A stretch of 25,643 nucleotides of DNA. Origin: an uncultured Planctomycetia bacterium. GTDB lineage: Bacteria; Omnitrophota; Gorgyraeia; Tantalellales; Tantalellaceae. This document shows, one piece after another, positions 8,271 to 15,300 of this stretch (positions are counted from its first letter, which is position 1; every line of letters begins with the position of its first letter). The stretch is taken from assembly GCA_964388645.1 (NCBI GenBank), contig CAYMBK010000031.1, positions 1 through 25,643 on the forward strand. The letters run 5' to 3'. The position numbers and the translations under genes were made by a program. The notes under the pieces were generated by a model. It ran no database searches, had not been told where the DNA came from, and was given only the letters and a program-made list of their open reading frames with translations.

Positions 8271-8561
8271 ATGCCGAAAGAAAACCTTAGTGATCTCTTT
8301 AAAGGGGTGAAGTGGTATGAGATAATTCTGTCGTGTTGGCCGCTTGTTCTAATGTTTATGGGGGGCGCGGTCGGGGGAGCGTGCGGAGCCGCAGCCTGCT
8401 ATTTTAATCTTCATTTGTTCAAGAAGGACATGAAGAGGCCTCTCAAATATTTATTTAGTGTTCTTATCGGCGCGGGCAGTGTTCTTTTGTATGCTATTAT
8501 TATATGGGTTCTTGCTGCTTTTTTCCCTGATCTATTTGCCGGGTCCGATGGGCAGGGTTAA
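8271..8561 (+). CDS. small hypothetical membrane protein (2-3 TM)
   Basis: AGGAGG RBS. 96 aa, hydrophobic, with a glycine-zipper-like MGGAVGGACGAAA stretch. Confidence 0.8.
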   Translation: MPKENLSDLFKGVKWYEIILSCWPLVLMFMGGAVGGACGAAACYFNLHLFKKDMKRPLKYLFSVLIGAGSVLLYAIIIWVLAAFFPDLFAGSDGQG

Positions 8562-8630
8562 TAGTTACTTGAGCGCGGTATGTAGATATTTTTTAAGAAG
8601 GTAAGTTCCTGCGATTGCGAGGAGGTTGTC

Positions 8631-8840
8631 ATGGAAGGATCTCTTGCTGTATTGATCATGGCATTGCTAGCGATATTCAGTTTATTTTTCTATTTTTTGC
8701 CGTCTATAGCGGGAAGGAGAAAAAGGAATGCCGGAGCGATCTTTATATTAAATTTGTTGCTTGGCTGGACTTTTATAGGATGGGTGGTAGCTTTAGTCTG
8801 GGCGCTATGCAAGGATCCTGAGCCTGTAAAACAGTGTTGA
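8631..8840 (+). CDS. superinfection immunity protein (phage T4 Imm-like family)
   Basis: AGGAGG RBS. Family signature YFLPSIA...N..AIFILNLLLGWTFIGWVVALVWA. Confidence 0.85.
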   Translation: MEGSLAVLIMALLAIFSLFFYFLPSIAGRRKRNAGAIFILNLLLGWTFIGWVVALVWALCKDPEPVKQC

Positions 8841-8875
8841 AACAATGCTGTCCGGAGAGAATCTAAAAAACCGCC

Positions 8876-9035
8876 CATTGAGAGGGATCGAAGCGACCGA
8901 AGCCCTTCGTTCTGTGGAAATATATATGGCTCAGGATTTCGGCAGACTTAGCCTGTAGCAGAAGCAATCTTTTGAAATGTTTGATTTTGCTGGGGATCGC
9001 TTCGTCACTCTTTTCAGCCGTTCCCCGCGATGACA
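8876..9035. repeat. inverted pair of degenerate REP-like elements
   Basis: CATTGAGAGGGATCGAAGCGACCGAAGC (+, from 8876) faces TGTCATCGCGGGGAACGGCTGAAAAGAGTGACGAAGCGATCCCC (-, 9035-8992). A GAAGCAATCT fragment sits at 8961-8970. Confidence 0.45.
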
Positions 9036-9246
9036 CCGTCAGGTCTAATTATCGATATAATTTTCACCCTATAAAAACGATTGACGCACTTGTTCTAAAA
9101 CCCCTGGTTTATGAGGCTCACAGGATACGGTTAGAGTCCAGATGATAGATTTCTTGTTTTTCCCGAACAGCATTGTTACAAAGTTGAAGATCATGGTATG
9201 GGAAACTCGCTTTTCTTTGTTAGAAACAAAAAAAGTTAAAATCCTC

Positions 9247-9276
9247 AAATAGTGTGATACAATGATCTCACTTTTT
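9247..9276 (+). promoter_or_regulatory. extended -10 promoter of the giant gene, overlapped by an inverted repeat
   Basis: TG-n-TACAAT (9255-9263). Arms AAATAGTGTGAT (9247-9258) and ATCTCACTTTTT (9265-9276) are complementary at 10/12 positions. Confidence 0.55.
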
Positions 9277-9382
9277 TGAAGCCGCCCTTAGGCGTTGAAG
9301 GGCACTATGCGTGGCAGGGCTACGTTCGCGGCAGAGAGAATGAGTAAGACATTGTTGATCGGGGCACATCTTTCGGAGGAGA

Positions 9383-12300
9383 ATGGTGAGATATTTTTTG
9401 GTGAATTACAGGGCATGTGTTAGGGCCATTGCTATCTGCGTTGCCGTGAGCTTTTTCTGCCAGAACGTCGTTTTGGCCGCGGGTACGGATATTCCGATGC
9501 CGGGCAATCTTCTTCCTTCTTCCGGGTTCAATTTCATAACGGGAACATCCGTTCCCGGTGAGTTCGAAGTGACGGCTTTTCTGAAATACTTGCAACATCG
9601 GATAGGGGTGTTACGGAAAAAATATCCGAAACGGTTTTTAACGCCCGAACTCATCAGGGATCTTCTGTCCGAACAATTCACTCAGGGTATTCCGGGATTT
9701 GACCCTCAAAAAATGTACCCACAGGGCAACGAACTGGTCATGCCCCTTTGGGATCGTGAGATACGCATATCCCTGCCCGATGGACGAACAAGGATCGATG
9801 GCGAGAGCGAACTGACCGTCTCGGAAGCGTCCCCGGCGAAAGACGAGCACGTCATGCGCAGCGGTCCTGGAAGCGGCCCGGACCACTTTAGGGGGGAGCC
9901 AAAGGATCGTGGTCCCCGAGAACGAATAAGGATGTACACCCATTTTACGGATGATCAGCTTATTGAAGAGATCGTAAAGACAAGGGATGAGTTTCTTGCC
10001 CGGAAAGACGAAGAGGGCTACTCACGAGAGACAGGCAAGACCCCGAATTTTAACCTTGCCGCGTTGAAAAAAACCAATCTCCGTCTTTACGACTATCTGC
10101 TCAACCACGACAAGAAGAATCTACTGCACCAGATACCATTTTTGCCGGGCAAGGAAGATCTCGAGACGGATATCGGCGGCGGTATGGAAGATCTCCCCGC
10201 CACATCTTCGGGCGCGGAGTGGTCTGCCTCTTTTGTCGAAGAAATATTTGACGGTGGATTTCTGACAGCAACAGAAAAAACGATCTTAACGCTTTTTTTC
10301 GGTCTGGGCGGGCAATGGTCAGCAAAAGCCCCGGTAATAGCCCGTGAACTCAACCTTACACGACAACGGATAGATCAGCTCAGAGAAAAGGCAATTGACA
10401 AGATAAGAAGGTGGATCGCCACGAGAGATCTGGCCATTTTCGGGTTTTCGCCGGGCGAAGCGGCTTGGATATTGTCCTTTTATCCGACCATGGATGGATT
10501 CGCTCAAAGAATATCCCGCGTGAGGAGGATGCTCAGGGTTTCTGATGATGCCGCTTCGTCTTTTACCCCGGAAGAAAGGAAAAACCTGGCCAGATCCGTT
10601 TTGGAAGAACCGTGGCCACCGGAGGCGAGGTCGTCTGAAAGAACGCGAAGGCCGAACGGCAGGGGCAGGTCCGCTTCCGCGCGTATCACGCCACTCGTCG
10701 CGATAACGGGCATCGCTATCGGCGCGGCTATCTTCCTGCCGGCGATATCCGCCGCCGCGCGAGGGCTTTATCATTATCTTGCATCCTCAGGTATCTCCGG
10801 GTTTTTGCCCGGAGGAGGTGAAGTGACGCTCATTTTAGGGTTGCCTCTTCTTGGATCCGTTTTTTCCGCGCGGGGCCCAGGCAACGAAGCGAGAAAAATT
10901 GAAGAGGCTCTGTCCGCCGTGCGCGATATGACCGCGGGGAGGGACGAATATGATCCCGCGGAAGGACGCAATCCAAAAGAACGGAAGATACTGGAGGTGT
11001 ACGGCGAGCTTCAGAGAGAGAAAGGAACCGGCTATGTACCTGATCTCACAGAATTGGCCGAACGGGCGGAGATCGGCACATCGACACTTAAGTCCCGTTT
11101 GTTCAGGATGAACCTGGACAGGAACGACAGGTATCTGAAAGCTCTTGTCTACAGAGGATCTGACCTTCCTCAAGTTGGAGGCAAAAGGGGTTACGCTTCA
11201 CTGGGCTGGATGGGAGAGGATCTGGGCTTTGTCTATTCTCCGTTCCTGCATGCCCCTGTACTTGAAGAACTTTTCAAGGTCGGTATACCGCTCGCTATTT
11301 TTAATATCCTGAGCTTTATTACTCCGGAACTGCCGGCTCTTAATCTTTCCGTTTTTGTATCCACGTCTGTGATCTTGGCTTTTGTTTTTCTTGCCGCGCA
11401 CCTTCTGAACGAGGATGGGCCTTACAGCGTAGACAGGCCGTTCTCCCTGGCGTCCGCGCAAATAAGAGCCGTGTTTTTACGGCACCCTCTCATGGCCGCT
11501 AAAAAAGTACATAAGACATGGCATTACATAAAAGTGACGAGGGGTACCCATTATCTGGCTTTCAACATCCTTGCGGCGCCGGCCTACTCGGCGGCATTCG
11601 GAATTTTGCTGTCACTGCCTTTTGTGGTGTTTCTGGGGCCTTCGGTTTTCAATATCATTCCGTTATTCCTGAGCATGCTTCTGCACTATTTTCAGAACCG
11701 CCGCATAAAAATGATAAACGAAAAAGAGAGGAGGACGATAAGGTATGCCTCTCTCCCGGGATGGGTTAAAATGGTCTTTCCTCATGGTAAAGAAGCGATC
11801 AGGACGATCTTCTCGAAAAATACAACATTCGGAACAACCGCTCATCCGCGCAGTCCTCAAAGGCTTGCCCGGTGGTCACCTTTTGAGGACGGAGTTCCGA
11901 TGGCATCGGATAGTTCCAGCCCCGACGGTATAAGGCCGCTTGGTGGCCCGGAAGAAGAAGCCGCGCGCGCCGCGTCCGGGAAAAAGCGATCTCTGGAAGA
12001 GTTGATCGCATCAGGCGATATCGCGAAGGGGACTTCGGAATACGTGTCTCCCGCGACAGCCAGGCAGACAATGGAAAAAGCGGGACAAGTACTCACGCGG
12101 GAAGAGGAACAAACTCTTTTTCGGGCACTTCATTCCGCGTGGAGGCCTGAGGACAAGCCGGTCAAACGCGCTGTTGTAGATATGATCGTCATGAAAAACC
12201 AGGGTTTGGTGTGGTCGGCCGTCAGAAAATTTGTGTATACCGAAGACAAGAATGTCATAGCCGATGCCGTTCAGGACGGGAACCTGGGTCTTCTGGAAGC

Positions 12301-15300
12301 CATACTGCGTTTCGGTTATGAGTTCAATCATAAGTTCTCGACTTACGCCTCGCACTGGATAAAAAAGTACATCAAGGAAGGATCGAAAATCATTACCGAA
12401 AGCATCCATATCCCGAGAAAGGAGGTGGAGAGATCGGACCGCTTGAAAAAATTTGTGGTATCGTTGCAAAATACGCTGGGCAGAGTTCCATGCGTCGATG
12501 AAATAGCGGAAAAGGCCGGCCTGGCAGTTAGTGAAGTTGTACGGCTTTTAGGAGTAAGGGCCATTCAGCCCGATTCTCTGTATGTGCCTGTAAAAAAGAC
12601 GCTGGGGTCGGGGAAGAAAACAGTTCACCTCGGAGACCTGATCGCCGGTTCCGGCGGTGTTCACTATCAGGAAGATATTTCAAGCAAAGAGGTACTTTCG
12701 TATCTTTTTGCCAGTCTGACATTCACACAGCGCGTTGTTGTCAAGATGAGAAACGGCATAGGCACAGTGAGGGACAAGAGGTACTCAGTTCGAGAGATAG
12801 GGAGCCTGATCGGCTGTAGCGGCGCGAATGTACACCTTATTGAAAAGGAGGCCCTAAGAGTTTTAGGTAGAGCTGTCTCCAGGAAGAAGGACAGCGAGGT
12901 CACGACCGAAGGGGTCGATAATACCGATGTTCATATTGCCGAGATATTACAGATCAGCCCTCTGAAACAAGGAGATCTCTTCGAGAAAGAGTTCCGGCGT
13001 ATCAGAGAGGAAAGGTTAAAGGATGAGAGGGCATCGGACGGAACAGATGACAGCGGGCTCACACTGGAGGAAGAGACACAAGCCCTTTCTTCCGTAAGCC
13101 ATGATCCTAAACGTCCGGTCAGCGTAAGAGGAACAATAGCGCGGGTGTTCGGAAAGGACGTGAAGCCGGGCGTTGTGGACATAGGTTCGCTGCACGGATC
13201 GTTCGTGAAGGATTTTCTGGACATGCACGGAGATGTGGTCGGCGAGATGATAGGGATAGACACGGTATACGACAGGAGCAGGATAACTGCCGATATTGCC
13301 GACGCCATGCATGAGGAAGGGATCTGGTCTGAATATGAACGTGCCTACTACGCCGGGGAAGAAAGCCCCCTTATGAGCGTGGACGAGGTAATGGGGGACC
13401 CGTCCAGAAAAGGAACTTTCGGCGTGGCCACCATTAACAAACCGCCGGGCGGAATGGATGATTTTAAGGCTATGGTAGATGAAGCCGTTTATTTGGGAGC
13501 GCGCCTGATATTTCTCGACGCTAACGCTCGAGATATTCAGGAAGAGGGTTTGGAATATCTTCGGAGCCTGGGATATGACATTGTTGAGATGCCTGGCAAG
13601 CCCGAAGATTACCCCGCCACGGAGCAGATGAGAGTGGTTGTGAGAGAAAGGTTCTTTGTTTGCGAAAGAAAGGTAGAGCCCGAGGAAATAAACCCCGAAG
13701 AGGTCCGCGTTGAGGGTCTGCCCGTAGTGTGGTCCGGCGGCAAAGACGGCTCCGGACGAGGGGTGGCCGGCGTCCAGATCGATGTGGGAAGTATTTCCGG
13801 GAATACCGTGAGAATGGCCGGCATTGTCGAAGCTTTGGCCAGTCTGGGGCGGAAAGCCCCCGGGCTTGTAATATTCCCGGAACAGATAGACGAAGACTAC
13901 ATGAGCTGGACGGATGAGATCGCGGGAAAAAGGAGAGAGATACTCAGACAGAAGGCCATAGCCACAGGTATAGCCATAGGTTACGGTATTGAGCATTTGC
14001 CCGGAGGGGACTATGAGAGAGGGAGTGTTTTCTACGAGATAGTAAAGCCCGTGGGATTGGGATCGGAACTGACCCGGTTCAGAAAATATGACTACGTGAA
14101 GGAGAACCGCCTGGTCGAGATAAACGGTACAAAGATCGCCGTTCTTATATGCGGAGAGGCCGAAGCCCTGCTGGCGCCGCGGTCGCGCGGCATCAGAACA
14201 GACAGTGATATCAGCCGGGCTGACCTGCTCATTGTCCCGTCCACAACGGATATGTGGTCCGCGAAGTTCTGGCCTGGCGCTTTGTTCGAAAAATACGGTG
14301 TTCCGGCAGCTTTTATCAACCGGGCCGACATAACGAACGCGGGCAACCCCTGGCACGACGGGTTTACGCCTTCACGATACCGGGAACCGCCTGATGAGGC
14401 AACTATTTTGAGCGCCGGAGAACAGATAATGATTTTAGCCCCCGGGTGTGTTTCGGACAATGTAACGGGAGATAAGGAAGCTATGGCCTCGGATCGGAGC
14501 GAACGCGAGGCGATAGAACGCGTTTCCTGCGCGCTGCGCAGCGTCCAACACAGCGGTTTAAGCGCCTTTGATATTGACGGTATGGCACACAGAGCGGTAA
14601 GCGCCATGGCCGAGGTGATCCTCTCGACGGAAAAGGACTTTCCGGTAATGTCAGGGAGGATGAAGGATCTTGCCGACGGCCTCGTGGAACGATCAAAGGC
14701 CTTTCGAGTAGAAAGAACAAGTTTTGACTCCGCTTCCGAAGACGGAGCATTGACCGCGGAGGCCGCCGAAGGATATGCCAGGGCGATAGCCGAATATGGA
14801 CAGGCCGTGCGGGATATCAGGACTGAGGCGGAAAAGCTTGTCTCGGATCCCGTAGAGCGGACCTATCCCGGTATCGAAGGGATAATGGGTTTATACCGAG
14901 AAGTATGGAAGGAGATGGATCGTCTTTCAGAAGCGGTCAAAAGCCGTTCTGAGCTTGCTTCCGGTACGGGGTCTACGGATCTGATCCCCGTATCTGAGGT
15001 GATCCGCCTGGTTGTAAGTGGAAGGCCGTACGTTACGATGGAGAACGAACTCGCGCCGGACGTCCTGCTCGAGGGTAACCGTTTGTCGTTTGCCGGAGCC
15101 GTGGCGAACATCGTCGACAATGCGGTGTTCTTTGCCGCGAAACGGCGGACAAACGACGGGACCCCGGCCTTTGTCACGATCACCCTGGCCGAGGAAAAAG
15201 GGAATATCAGGATAGATATAACCGATACAGGCGGAGGGATCTCACATGATCTGCTAGTAGCGGATTATGTAATGCAAAGGCCGAGATTTTTCAACCTTGA

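Noticed and set aside
13016-14356. 446-aa minus-strand ORF
   Set aside because: It lies wholly antisense to motif-rich parts of the giant gene and has no recognisable motif, so it is a shadow ORF.
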